Origin: an uncultured Acidobacteriota bacterium
Lineage (GTDB): Bacteria > Acidobacteriota > Thermoanaerobaculia > Gp7-AA8
DNA length: 64,000 nucleotides
Direction: 5' to 3'
NCBI GenBank assembly: GCA_963741955.1
Contig: CAVUKB010000005.1
Span: forward strand, 896,001 to 960,000
Shown here: piece by piece, positions 21,471 through 33,000 of the stretch
Numbering within the stretch: the stretch's first letter is position 1
How the letters are laid out: each line of letters begins with the position of its first letter
The notes under the pieces: generated by a model
Databases searched by the model: none
What the model was told of the DNA's origin: nothing
Seen by the model: the letters and a program-made list of their open reading frames with translations, nothing else
Program-made: the position numbers and the translations under genes

Positions 21471-21914
21471 TCAGAAGACGATCTCATCTTTCGCGAGCTT
21501 CACGGCAAATTCAGCAAAATCCGGCGCGATGACGAGCGCATCTACACCCGGCCCCATAGCTATGATGGGACACTCGCCGCGGGAATCAACCACAGACGTG
21601 TCAAGAAAGAACGTATAATCGCCTCCATCGTCGGCAATTGCGACGTAGCTTGGCGGAATCAGCCCGTTCCCTGACGCCCGAGCGGAAAGGGTATCGGTAA
21701 CGAGATCAGACCAGTATGGCTGGTTTGATTCCGATCTTGAGGCTAATCCAGCAATCCAGAAGCCCCGTCCTTGAACTGCGCCATATCTTCGGAGAAACGC
21801 CCTGTAGGTCGGAGGAAATGTGACTCCTAAGGTGTGCTCCGCGTCGCTAACCATCGCCTCGGTCGCCGGGCCCGCTACATCGCATTCCGCGAACGCACTT
21901 TCCATATCCTTCAT
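21471..21914 (-). CDS. SMI1/KNR4 (SUKH) family immunity protein
   Basis: AEHTLGVTFPPTYRAFL...IADDGGDY...APDFAEF. Confidence 0.9.
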   Translation of the reverse strand: MKDMESAFAECDVAGPATEAMVSDAEHTLGVTFPPTYRAFLRRYGAVQGRGFWIAGLASRSESNQPYWSDLVTDTLSARASGNGLIPPSYVAIADDGGDYTFFLDTSVVDSRGECPIIAMGPGVDALVIAPDFAEFAVKLAKDEIVF

Positions 21915-21922
21915 GCAATCCT

Positions 21923-24062
21923 CTATCGAACACCCGCTGCACGTAGGACATCTTGGGGAATCTCGCCTGCATCGATTGCATCTCGGAGCCGGTCGTTCCA
22001 GTAGCCAACATTAAAGTTACGGCTCCTCCGGGGCCCACCGGGGCCAGGGATATGCAATGGCCCTCCGGTCGCGGGGTTATATCGGTTCTCAGACTTCAGT
22101 AGTTCAATTAACTTGGCTTCCTGGCGCCCTACGTGATGGAGATTAATGCGCTCCCATTCGCCAGCCGCATTTTTCGCGAATGGGGCATTCCCTCCCGCCA
22201 TCAGACGTACGTTCTCCACACTCCAAGCTATGTCGGAACGCTGAATTATCATCTCTCCTTCAAATCGCTTCGCCTTCGAGAAGACCGATGAATCGCCAAA
22301 TGTCGCGGCGGCGTTTCGAAGAAACTGTTCCTCCTCCGCTGTTCGGGCAATTACGCCGAATATTCCGGCCCCTACTCTTACCGCACCGGACTGGACCTCG
22401 CCCTGAGCAATTTTTCCCGCAGCGTTAACACCTACGCCACCCACGTCTCGGTATGTCGCGTCCTGGAGCGCTCGACCCGGATCACGATCGCGGGTCGCCA
22501 CGCCTTGAGCCTCCGCAATATCCGGATCGTCGGATAACTGATACCCGCTACGGTATTTTCGATCCAGCGCCTCGGAGTATCTCTTCTGCCCTTCATTCCC
22601 CCAATCGGTACCGAACAGCGCGTGAAATCCGCGCGCGAACAACCCCGGCCTCTTCGGCGCATTTGGATCGGTTTCCGGCTTGTTTTCGAGAAGAGTTTTC
22701 AGCTCGTGAAGGAGATCGATCCTGCGACCATCCCACTCAGCATAATGCTTCGCGCAAAGTTCGGTGACGATTTCCTGAGACCGCTCAATCCAGTACGATC
22801 CGAGCCCCCTCGGATCCCTCCCATTGACCGGATCCCCGCCTGCGAACGCATACAGGTTCGAGCTATCCCGATACCCCATGGGATCCGGCGAGAGCCACGT
22901 CCCCGTCTCCGGGTCGTACCATCTCGCGCGGACATAGTTGTGGCGGGTGAGGGGTTCGGTGAAGGGCTGCGCCTGGAAGCGCGCCGTGAGCATCGCGCCC
23001 ATGGGGCTCTCGCCGCCACCGGCTATGGGCGCCGCCGAGGCGAGGAGGGCGAGCGAGTCGACCTCGTAGAGCTTCTTCGTCGCGCTCCCGTCCGCCGGGA
23101 TCGAGGCGAGCCAGCTCGAGAGACTCGAGAGCGATTCGCGCAGCTCCACCGGGAGCTCCCCGGAGCTCGTCACCGGTTGCGTTGCCGTCGCCCAGTCGGG
23201 CGCCGGGAGGAGCGGGACGTCGGCTCCCCACGCCGCGGCCCGGAGCTCCTTCGTCACCGCCACCGACAGCGCCGCCGGCGTGAGCGTCCCCACCGGAGAC
23301 GCGTCAGTCAGTGCGGTCCACTGCGGCGCCGTCAGCGTGAAGCGTGCCGTGTACGGATCGTTGTCAATGAGCTGCGGGACTACGCCCGACGATCTTACCA
23401 CCGCTCCCGCGGCGTCGACCTCCGCCAGCCGCACTCCCGTCGCCACCGTCGCCGCGTTCAGCGCCTCGGTGGTCCGCACCGTGACGTCCACCGTAGTGAG
23501 GTTGCCGTCGTGGTCCTTTTCGGCGCTGATTGCGATCCGGTCGACCGCGGCGCCGCTCAAATCGAGCTCGTGCGCGCCGAACGGATCGTTCGGCACGTTG
23601 CGCGCGACGATCTCGCCGCTCGCGTTCAGCACCGCGTCGAGGTTCCCCGTCCCCGCCTCGTCGTAGACCGGATAGAAGCGGTCGATCTCGCTGCCAGTCG
23701 TGCCCGGGCGCGTGGAAACGCGGGTGGTCTCGATCGGATCGTCGTACGAGAGCCCGCCGTGGACGATCTGCGCGAGGAGCCCGCCGTTCGCATCCATCGA
23801 TGCGTTCCGGCTCGCCCCCGCCTTGAAGATCGAGACGAGCGTATCGGACAGCGGATCCCACACGAGCGTGACGTCCGCCGGCAGCCCGTCGCTCGCGAGG
23901 ACGTCGGCGCGCGACTCGAGATCCCAGCTGAGCGTCGCGAGGTCCGCCGCGGGATCGGTAACCTCGGCCATCTCCGCGCGCCGGCCGACGAGGCGGTCGT
24001 TGCCGTCGTAGTCGTACAGGATCCGCCGGATCTCCCCGTTCGCGGAGGTGGGCTTCTCGGTC
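21923..24062 (-). pseudogene. Orphan Rhs core plus LHH-type HNH nuclease toxin
   Basis: Frame continues upstream of ATG 23971 (RRILYDYDGNDRL); core RARWYDP...DPRGL; tip N..LM..G.AP...INLHHVG...LH...F..GYWNDR. Confidence 0.88.
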
Positions 24063-24084
24063 GCCAGCCGATGGGCATCCGGTT

Positions 24085-24122
24085 TGGATCGAAGACTCTG
24101 CGGCAGCTATACTCTGTTCTCG
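24085..24122 (+). promoter_or_regulatory. Conserved TA leader with TATACT -10 box, copy 2
   Basis: 34/38 identical to 4012-4049. Confidence 0.6.
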
Positions 24123-24160
24123 CAGAATCTGGCGCGCTTCGAGTCGAAGGAGAACGGTCA

Positions 24161-24385
24161 ATGGTTGAATTCGAACCCCGAATCACGATCGATCCGGAAC
24201 AGTGTGGAGGTCGTCCCTGCATTCGCGGTATGCGCATCCGCGTCTCCGACGTCCTCGATCTCCTTGCATCGGGGTTGACCACCGACGAAATCCTGATCGA
24301 AATGCCGGACCTCGAGATCGAGGACATTCAGGCGAGCCTGCGGTACGCGAGTCACCGTATCGACCATCCTGTGATCGCAGCATGA
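24161..24385 (+). CDS. DUF433 antitoxin
   Basis: RITIDPEQCGGRPCIRGMRIRVSDVL motif; AAGGAG RBS. Confidence 0.93.
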   Translation: MVEFEPRITIDPEQCGGRPCIRGMRIRVSDVLDLLASGLTTDEILIEMPDLEIEDIQASLRYASHRIDHPVIAA

Positions 24386-24744
24386 TCCTCTGGGTTGACG
24401 CACAACTCTCTCCCCAGCTCGCGCCGTGGATCACCGCCACCTTCGATGTCGAGGCTCTTTCGATCAAACGACTCGGTCTGCGCGATGCATCCGATCGCGA
24501 GATTTTCGACGCCGCACGTACGGCCGATGCGGTGGTGATCACGAAAGATGCCGACTTCCCTCGCCTTCTCGAGAGCCGTGGTGCACCGCCCCGGGTGATC
24601 TGGATCACCTCGGGTAACACATCGAACGCCTCTCTCCGGCACCTCCTCGAGAAGGCCCTGCCGGAAGCACTCCGGATGATCGAGAATGGCGAGACTCTCG
24701 TTGAAATCACTTCCCGCTCGACTCATCGAGAGTCGCGCTCTTGA
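24382..24744 (+). CDS. DUF5615 PIN-like toxin
   Basis: VDAQLSP, DASDREI and ITKDADF motifs; ATGA overlap with DUF433. Confidence 0.92.
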   Translation: MILWVDAQLSPQLAPWITATFDVEALSIKRLGLRDASDREIFDAARTADAVVITKDADFPRLLESRGAPPRVIWITSGNTSNASLRHLLEKALPEALRMIENGETLVEITSRSTHRESRS

Positions 24745-24862
24745 TCGAATTCATCGCATTACCGCGTCACGTCGACGGGTATTCGACTCCGTCCCCTTAG
24801 ACGCCGTTCCAGACGGATCTTCGCATTGATATGATCCTTCGCCAGGCGCGCACGCCCACCAA

Positions 24863-25988
24863 GTGCCGCGCCCCTCACGAGGTCAACTCTTGCTCCGCTC
24901 TCTTCTTCTCCTCTCCGCTCTCGGCGAGTTGCTCGTCATCGTCTTTCTGAGCCTTACGCTCGTTCAAGCGAATACGCTCGACGCGCTCTGGCTCGAGCGG
25001 CAGCTGCGGCTGTACCGGAAGACGAACAGGAGCGCGCGGCGCGCGACGCGCAGCGAGAAGATCGTGTTCGCGATCCTCTCGCGGCTCGTACCGCGTTGGA
25101 GGGATCTCTCGATCGCGTTCACCCCGCGCACGGTCATGCGATGGCGGCGCGAGTGGGTCGCGATTCTGATGCGGCGGCGTCAGCGCATCTGCGCTGCGCA
25201 GGCTCTCCGAAGAGACCTGCGAGCTCGTGCGGCAGATGGCGCACGAGAACCGGCTCTGGGGAGCGGGGCGGATCCTCCGGGAGATCGCGAAGCTCGGGGT
25301 CTCCGTCTCACGGAACACGGTCCGCCGCTATATTCGCGAGGTACGTGGCCCGCGCCCGCGTCGCGATCAGCGATGGTCCACGTTCATCCGCAACCATGCG
25401 GACGTCACCCTCGCGATGGACTTCGCCGTCGACTACGTTCCCTCGCTTTCGGGCAAGCTGCGCGAGGTCTTCATACTCGTGCTTCTCGAAGTCGGATCGC
25501 GACGGCTGGTGTGTCTCGAAGCGACCGAACACCCGACGCGCGAATGGATCGACCAGAAACTCCGGCAGGCGGTTCCGTGCGATCATCGATACCGCTTCCT
25601 CGTCCGCGACAACGACCCGCTCCGGGACGGTGTCGATGCGACTCTCGCCTCGTTCGGCATCGAAGCGCTCCGCATCCCTCCGGGCTCTCCGCAGGCGAAC
25701 GCGTTCGCCGAGCGGATGATCGGCACTCTCCGTCGCGAGCTTCTCGACCGGATCTGGCCCCTCGGCGTCCATCACTTGAGCCGCCTCCTCACCCGCTACC
25801 GCGCCTACTACAACCGCTCCCGTCCTCACATGGGCCTCGCCGGCCGTGTCCCCGATCCGCCGCCGGGTCCGCGACTCGTCGCGACCTCTCGTCATCGCAT
25901 CCCAGCCGGCGCGGCTCTCGCCGCCATCCCGCACCTCGGCGGTCTTCATCACGAGTACCGTCTCGAGGCGCGCGACCGCGCTGCGTAG
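24863..25988 (+). pseudogene. Integrase-core (rve) transposase, frameshifted near 25190-25220
   Basis: N-part TPRTVMRW in one frame; ENRLWGAGRI...MDF...RDND...AER...GGLHHEY in another; close paralogue of 20440-21175. Confidence 0.88.
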
Positions 25989-26357
25989 CGCCCGAATCGA
26001 ACACGATTTTCAAAGAGCATCTGCGCGCCGCCGGGCTACAATCAGGACGGCACACCCGCGCTCAAACGATCGGTCACGCCCCGTTGCCCGAGGCGACGAC
26101 ACCGTCTTCACGCTCGCCCGGTCCGCTTCGCACCACCAACTGCTCGCTCTCGTCTTCGAGATCGCCCATGCCGCAACGAGGGCTCCAAAACTGCTGGTGA
26201 TAATCGTTTTTGACCCCCACAGTTTTGCGCCGCGACAGCAGGTCGAGCCCGATTTCAAGCCTCGCTCACCACGCGATTCAGCCCTCGTCCGACCGACTTG
26301 GCCGAAGAACGAAGCTGTGACCCTATTCTTCCCACCGCATTTCATCCGACTCCGTTG

Positions 26358-27005
26358 TCACCGTTGCCACTCTCCAAGAAACCTTCGAATTCTCACGTTC
26401 GCATCTAACAGCTCGTCGACTCGCATAGCATGCCGGGCCAGTGCTATCAGCAAGCCCTTCTTTATAATAATAACTTCTACTTTCGCGCGTGATAGTCTAT
26501 CGACGATCTCCTCAATCGGGTACTGAAATGCGCGCCGAATCAACTCTGCATCGAAGTAATTCACAACGTGAAGACGATATATATCATGGCGTTCATCGAC
26601 GTCGTCGTCGTCGAAATCGACGTCTATCAGCTCGTCCGGACCGATTTGAGCTCGGTATGCCCGAAATGCTTCGATGTATATCGGAAGCACTCTCTTCACA
26701 ATTTCATTGAAATCTACTTTTTCCGAGTCGAATTCGAGGTTTAGAAAGTCGTCGTCAGCACCTGTATCGGAGAGCCCTTCTCTGAATACATATCCGACCC
26801 TCCCTTTGTACGGCCCTTCCAAGTATGGCCTTAAATCCATCGTGGTCAGGAGGCTATCTCGGAATGGCGGCAGCTTTGAACTCGCATCAGGCGATATTCG
26901 CCACTCCGATGGTGCCGATTCCGATTCCTTGACCAGTTTTGCATGCTTGTCCCTGACCGATTCACGCTCATCTGGCCTCGATTTAAGAAAGAGAGAGTAC
27001 TTCAT
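26358..27005 (-). CDS. Putative immunity protein for the REase toxin
   Basis: ATGA overlap with the Rhs stop; markedly AT-richer; acidic. Confidence 0.75.
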   Translation of the reverse strand: MKYSLFLKSRPDERESVRDKHAKLVKESESAPSEWRISPDASSKLPPFRDSLLTTMDLRPYLEGPYKGRVGYVFREGLSDTGADDDFLNLEFDSEKVDFNEIVKRVLPIYIEAFRAYRAQIGPDELIDVDFDDDDVDERHDIYRLHVVNYFDAELIRRAFQYPIEEIVDRLSRAKVEVIIIKKGLLIALARHAMRVDELLDANVRIRRFLGEWQR

Positions 27006-30000
27006 CTCGGCACCACCCTTATGGCGACTCCTCTTAATCCGACTAGTCGCAGTGCTCGCCTGGCCTGGCGAGCCGCGCCTTCAGTCGGCACCTCAATTCG
27101 TAATCTGTAACCGGGATTCTGTCGTAGCGCTATCCCAACACGGCGAAGGTCCTTCAGCTGCTTGCTCTTGGTGGTAACCGACAACTTTCTGTCGATCAAA
27201 GTGTTTCCCTCGAGCCCGTCGAAACGTACAAGAGGCTTCCCCACCGCGTTTGGATTGTCGAAAAGCAAGGCGGGAACTTCATTCTGTCGGGTTAGGACAG
27301 AAGATCTTGCACCGAACGCGCCCGCCTGGTATTCCAACGCAGTGTCTCCTGCCGTTGTCCTTTCGCTAACCCATACTACGCCCCGACGCGGGGGCATTCC
27401 ACAGTTATGGGAAAGTAACCATTGCGAAGTGAGAAAGTACGCATGGTCTCCTTCCACTTCGATGTCAAACACGCGCGCCGCGCCAAATTCTCGCCCGATC
27501 CAAGCGATCGTCGCCTCACCCGTCTTCGTACGAACGCGTTCGCCGACGGTGAGATCCCGGGCCGTGATCCAGTCATGCCGATCGATGGAGAACAGACGGT
27601 GCCATGGCGAGGACCACATCGCTTCGTCCATTCCGGCGAACCGGATCGAAAGGATCTCGTCCTGATGGGCGTACGTCGCGAGGACAACGCGGCCTGAACC
27701 GGGCGCGATCGGTGGTACCGCTTCCACGCTGATCACATCGGCGGCGTCGCGAGCCTTCCGTTCGGTTGCGAGCTCGATCGTGCGGCCCGGGTATGCCTCG
27801 TGGGCCACGATCCACCCGACCGGTCGCAACATTTCGATCTCATAAGCGTCGTTCGGGTCAGCCGGGTTCGGCATTTCCATCTTCACGACATACCACTCGG
27901 CGGCATCGACCGCGGTCGAGCCGTCTGGTAGATCGGGGTCGAGGCCCGTGGTCGCTACGCGATCGCCGACGTGAAGTTCCTCGATCGGCTTGAAACCGCC
28001 GGGGGTCGCGATATCCGTGTTGCCGATGAGGCACGACCCGATCGGACAGGGCTCCATCGATTTCCATCCGCTCCGTGCTTCGACCGATTCCATCGTCTCC
28101 GTGGCCGCGTGCCGCTCCAACTGGGCGGCCTCTCGGCGAGCGAGGCCTTCGGTGGCGGACCGGAAGGTCGTCCGCTCGGAGAGCTCGGCCATGTTCGACA
28201 TGAATTTAGGGAGACCGACCCTTTCCGCTCCTTCGCCGATCAATTCCCCGGCCGATTGGACAAGCCTGCTATTCGCGACCCGTTCGAGGGTTCCGGAGAC
28301 ACCTGGAATCGCCTTCAGCACGGGCATCCCGACCTCGAAGACCGCGCCGAAGAGTGCGCCCATGGCTCCGCCCTTGACTTGGGCCACACCGAATGCCCCC
28401 CAGTCACCTTTGAACGCGGCCCCGAGGCTCTCGAATGCTGCTCCGCCGAGCGCCGCACTCGCCACTCCGCCCGTATCGAACGACGCACCGACCTCCGCAC
28501 CGATGATCCCGAATTGGACCGCCTGGCCGAAGTAGTGCCCGGCGCCCTTACATTGATCGTGGATCAGGCAATCGTTGATCGCTGAGCCGGCAGCCCATCC
28601 CGCGCCGAATGCGGTTCCCACGAGCCCGCCCAGAACCGTTGCGCTGTTCCCCGACGGATCCGACATATTTACCGGGTCGTTCCCTGCGTAGGCATAGAGG
28701 TCGGACGAATCTTTGTAGCCCAGCGGGTCGGGCGAAACGAAGCTTCCCGTCCCCGGGTCATACCATCTCGCGCGGACGAAGATCGTCCCGTCCGCGGGCT
28801 CGCGGAACGGGAGGACGTGAAAATCGAAGAGGAGGTTCGACTTGGACTGCTGGCGCCCGACGAGATAGAGATCCGGTACGTCGTAGAGCTTGCCGGTCGA
28901 CCCGAGAACCGAGAGCGAGACTTTCTTCACCAGCGGGTATCCAGGCCTCGCCTCGGCGCGGCCGAGCTTCGTCTCCCAATCCGCCACGGTCTGGAGAGGT
29001 GCATCCCCCCACCCCGCGAATCGGAGAGAGTCGGCGACTGCGATCTCGAGCGACGCAGCGCCGGCCGTCAGCGTGTCCCAGGATCCGCCGTCGAGCGTCC
29101 AGAAGATCGTGTGATCTCCTGCGACAGGGGCAACGGTGGTTTCACGAGTCGCGGACTGATCGGCAGCCAGCGCCGTGAGCTTCACGCCGTTCGCCACCGT
29201 CGAGGGGTCGACCGGCTCGGTGAAGCTGATCGTGATCGTGTGGATCCCGCCCGAGACGCTCACGTCGATCCGATCGGCGACCGCTCCCTGGATGTACCGC
29301 GGCGCGTCGCCGTAGGCATCTGCGTAGAGGACTCGCTCGACGAGATTCCCTTCACCGTCCGTCACCGCCTGGAGGGATCCGGCCCCGGCCTCATCGACAA
29401 TGGGCAAGTACCGCGAGGGTGCCTCACCGGCCGCCGGTGCGACCAGGACCTCCACCGGGTCGTCATAGCCCTGATCGCCGTGGAGGATCTGGCGAAGCAG
29501 TCCGGCGTCAGGCTCCGGGTTCCCGGCCGCAATGGCGCCTCTCACGATTGCGGAGTCGTACATCGCAATGAGCGTGTCGGAGATCGGATCCCAGACGAAT
29601 GTCGTCTCGGCAGGCAACCCGTCCCGAGCAAGAACCGTCGTCCTCGTCTCGAGCGTCCAGCTCCCGTCCGCCTCTTTCTGCCAGGCGGTCCGCCCGACGA
29701 CACGATCGTTCGGATCGTAGTCGTACACGATCCGACGTCCTGCGGCGTCGTTCTCCTTCGAGACGAGCCGACCGCGGACGTCGTAGCCGAGAGTCCACGC
29801 GCCGCTACCCGCACGCCGCCCTCCCTGCCAGCTGAAGCTCTCTTCGCCTTGATCGACGCCGTCGTTCGAGTACTTCCGATGCTCGATCTGGTGGGCAGCA
29901 TTGATCACGTCCGCGTACCAGGAGAGAGGCGTCGTCTGATTCGCAGTTGCGCCGAGGAGGTCGAAGTCCGTCGACCCGAGACGAGACGGTTCGATCTTTC

Positions 30001-33000
30001 GCTCGATTCTTGCGTCGGCGTCACTAATCGTGTCGCGACTCCGCGGCTCTTCAGACGATGCATCATTCCGTCTGAGGAGAGTGCTCGTCTCGAGCCGGTC
30101 TCGCGCGTCGTAATCCCAGTTCGAAGTTCGATTGGTCATTCCGAGATCGCGCGCCGACTCGATGAGCTGCTTCGGCCCGAGTGTGATCTCCGTCCCGGCG
30201 ATGCGAGACGTTTCCGAGACGATCTCCATCCGTCCCAGGTTTCCCACGGGCCGACCGGGGGCGACCGAGGCAACGGGCACGACGGCGGTCCCGTCGGGCT
30301 GCGGAAGGTCGGCGTAGCCGAGTCGCGCGGTCAACGAGGCGCTACCATCACCGACGGAACGCTTCCTCTCGGCGAGCCGCCCGCTGCCGCGAGCGATGCT
30401 GGACGTGAGGAGCCGCGAATCCGGTGTCGCCGTCGCTCCGGCGGCAGTCTGTTGTGCGGTGATGTTGCCGGCGCCGTCGTAGGTCTGTGCGATCCAGCCG
30501 TGCCACGGCCCACCGGGCTCGGACGACGGGAGCGTGGCTCCGACCGCAGGCATCCGCCACCGCAACCTCTCGCCATCGAAGACGGACCACTCGTGCCCCT
30601 GGGTGTAGACCTCCGCGATCTGCGGCGCATCCGTGAGGCCCGACCCGCAGGCAACCGCCGCTGGAATGCATCCGGTCTTCGTGTATCGGATGGTACGCGT
30701 CACGTGCGGCCGGCCGAGCAGGTCGTACTGGTCGTACTCGATCGCCGCGTCGGCGCTGGCGATGCGGGTCAGGCGCCCGCCGTCGTCATACGCGTAGCGG
30801 ACGAACGGATCGGGATCGAACGATGGATCGGTTCCGTTTCCGCCGAGGTCCTCTTCGAGGAGCCGCCCGCCGCTGGGATCGTACTTGAACCAGATCCACT
30901 GGCCGGAGCGGTCCCGCTGGGCGAGAACCAAGCCCGTCCCGTTCTCGTACCGCGTCTCTTCATTCGTTCCATCCGGGTATCGGACCTTGACGGTCCGACC
31001 GAGTCCGTCGGTGTCGAAGAACGTGACCTGCCCCTCTTCGTCGATGTACTGCCGAAGAGTGCCCCTCTCGTCATAGACCCGGCGAACACTCTTCCCGTCG
31101 GGCAGCGTTTCGTTCCACATCAGTCCCCGGGAGTCGTAGCTCATGAACGACGGGGGCTGACCCGGATTCTGAGACATCAGCTGGTTTCCGGCCTCGTCGT
31201 AAGAAGCCAGGGTCGTGTAGGTGCCGCCCTCCGTCACCGAGATGGGCCGTCCGAGTCCGTCGTATCCGGTCGTCGTCTCGGTTTGTCTGGCGGCTCGCGG
31301 CTCGATCGAGGTGGTAGACGTCGGGAGGTCACCGAGGAAATCTCCAAAGCGAGTCTCCGCGAATGTGTCAGCGGGAGCGATCAGCGCATCCGGCCCTGCA
31401 GCCTCGCCGCTGAGCTTCGAGGTCACGCGTCCCGCGAGATCACAGGTGATCTGCTGGGCGCGAACCGGCGCGGTGTCGGCGAAGGTGGCATCGGTGAACT
31501 GGAGTGTCCCGGTGCGCTGCGTGGTAACGGCATCGCCGTCCTGCCAGGAGAAGGCAGTCGCGCGCGCCGCACCCGTGTCGTCGATCCGGTCGGCGCTGAG
31601 ACGGAGACGCCCGTTCGCCGTGTACGAGCTCCGGCCGTGCGCCATGAGGACGAGATTCGCGGAGCTCTTGCGCTCGAACGACTGGGATTCGACGACCTCA
31701 TCCCATGCGTCGTAGGAGACGTGATCACGGGTGCCGTCAGCGAGGATGTCTTCGACTGGGCGGCCGAAGGCGTCGTTTCGGGTCAGCGTCGCTACCCGGT
31801 GGCCGTCGGTTTGATAGGTCACCTTTCCGTTGATGTCATACGCAACTCGCGCGTCCACGCTCTCGGATCCATCGGCCGAGACTCTCCGGGTCGCGATGGT
31901 GCGACCGAGCCCGTCGAGCCTCGTCACGGTCCGCGCAACCGCAGCTGAGGTGCCGGCGATCGCTGGATCGACGTCGGTGATGCTTCGATTCGCGACGTCG
32001 TACTGTGTGATCGTCGTCAGGCTCACGACATCGTCGGATCCGGCCGTTACCGGATCGAGAAGAACCCGTGCTCCACTGACCGTGGTCGTCGACGGGCGTC
32101 CGAGCGCGTCGTAGGTGTAACGGGTCTCGACCGTCCCGACACCGCTCTGGCTGCGGGATTGGAACGCGAGGCGGCCGTCCGCGTTGTAGCCGAACGCTTC
32201 GCTGGTGACCTGTTGGGTCGTACTCCCCCCGCTCGAGACGGACGGCGTCACCACCGTGCGGGCGATCATCCGTCCCTCGGCGTCCTTCTTGATCGTCGTG
32301 ACCACGCCGCGGTTCACGTTCCTTGTGACTTCCGTCTCGACCCCGTCCGAGGTCATGGAGTACGCGGCCTCGTCGACCACGTCATCGTTGCCGCGAGAGA
32401 TCTTCTTCGGTCTACCCGACTCGATCGGGTTCGAGACCGATTCGGGGTAGTACTCGATATGCGACTTCATCGCCGCATCGGCGCCGCTGCTGCTGAAGGC
32501 GTCTGAGACTTGACCGTTTGCATTGAACTTCGCGCTCGACTGCACGCCTTCGTCAGCGTTCGTGATGGTCTGACGATTCCGGCTCGGCGTCTGCTGGTCC
32601 CGGTAGACGAAAGGTTTCGAGGGATCGTCCCGCTTGCCGACCTTGAAGACGTTGGCTCGGGCGTTATCCGCCGAGTCGTAGCCGTAGTCGGTCTCGAGGA
32701 GGGCGCCGCTCGCGCCTTGTTCACTCGTCTTCGAGAGAACCATTCCGGGCGCGTTCCCTCCAGCGGGAATCCAGTTGTTCGTGACGACGGTGCCGTTCGG
32801 CATGGTCACCGTTTTCTCGAGTCCCTCATCGTTGTATCCAATGCTAGTCGTGAGGTCCTGAACATTTGGCGTTTCCGTCGCGGTGATCGCGTCGGGAAGA
32901 CCCGCCGAGGCGAGCGTCATCACCGGTACGTCGTGGAGCGTCGTCGACTCGATGTGCTCGCGACCGTCGAAGCTGCCCGGGGGCGTGTACGTATACGCCC

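Noticed and set aside
28817-31948. 1043-aa plus-strand ORF, and similar ORFs at 18970 and 22622
   Set aside because: Antisense shadows of the Rhs genes; only the last 74 aa of 22622..24385 (DUF433) are real
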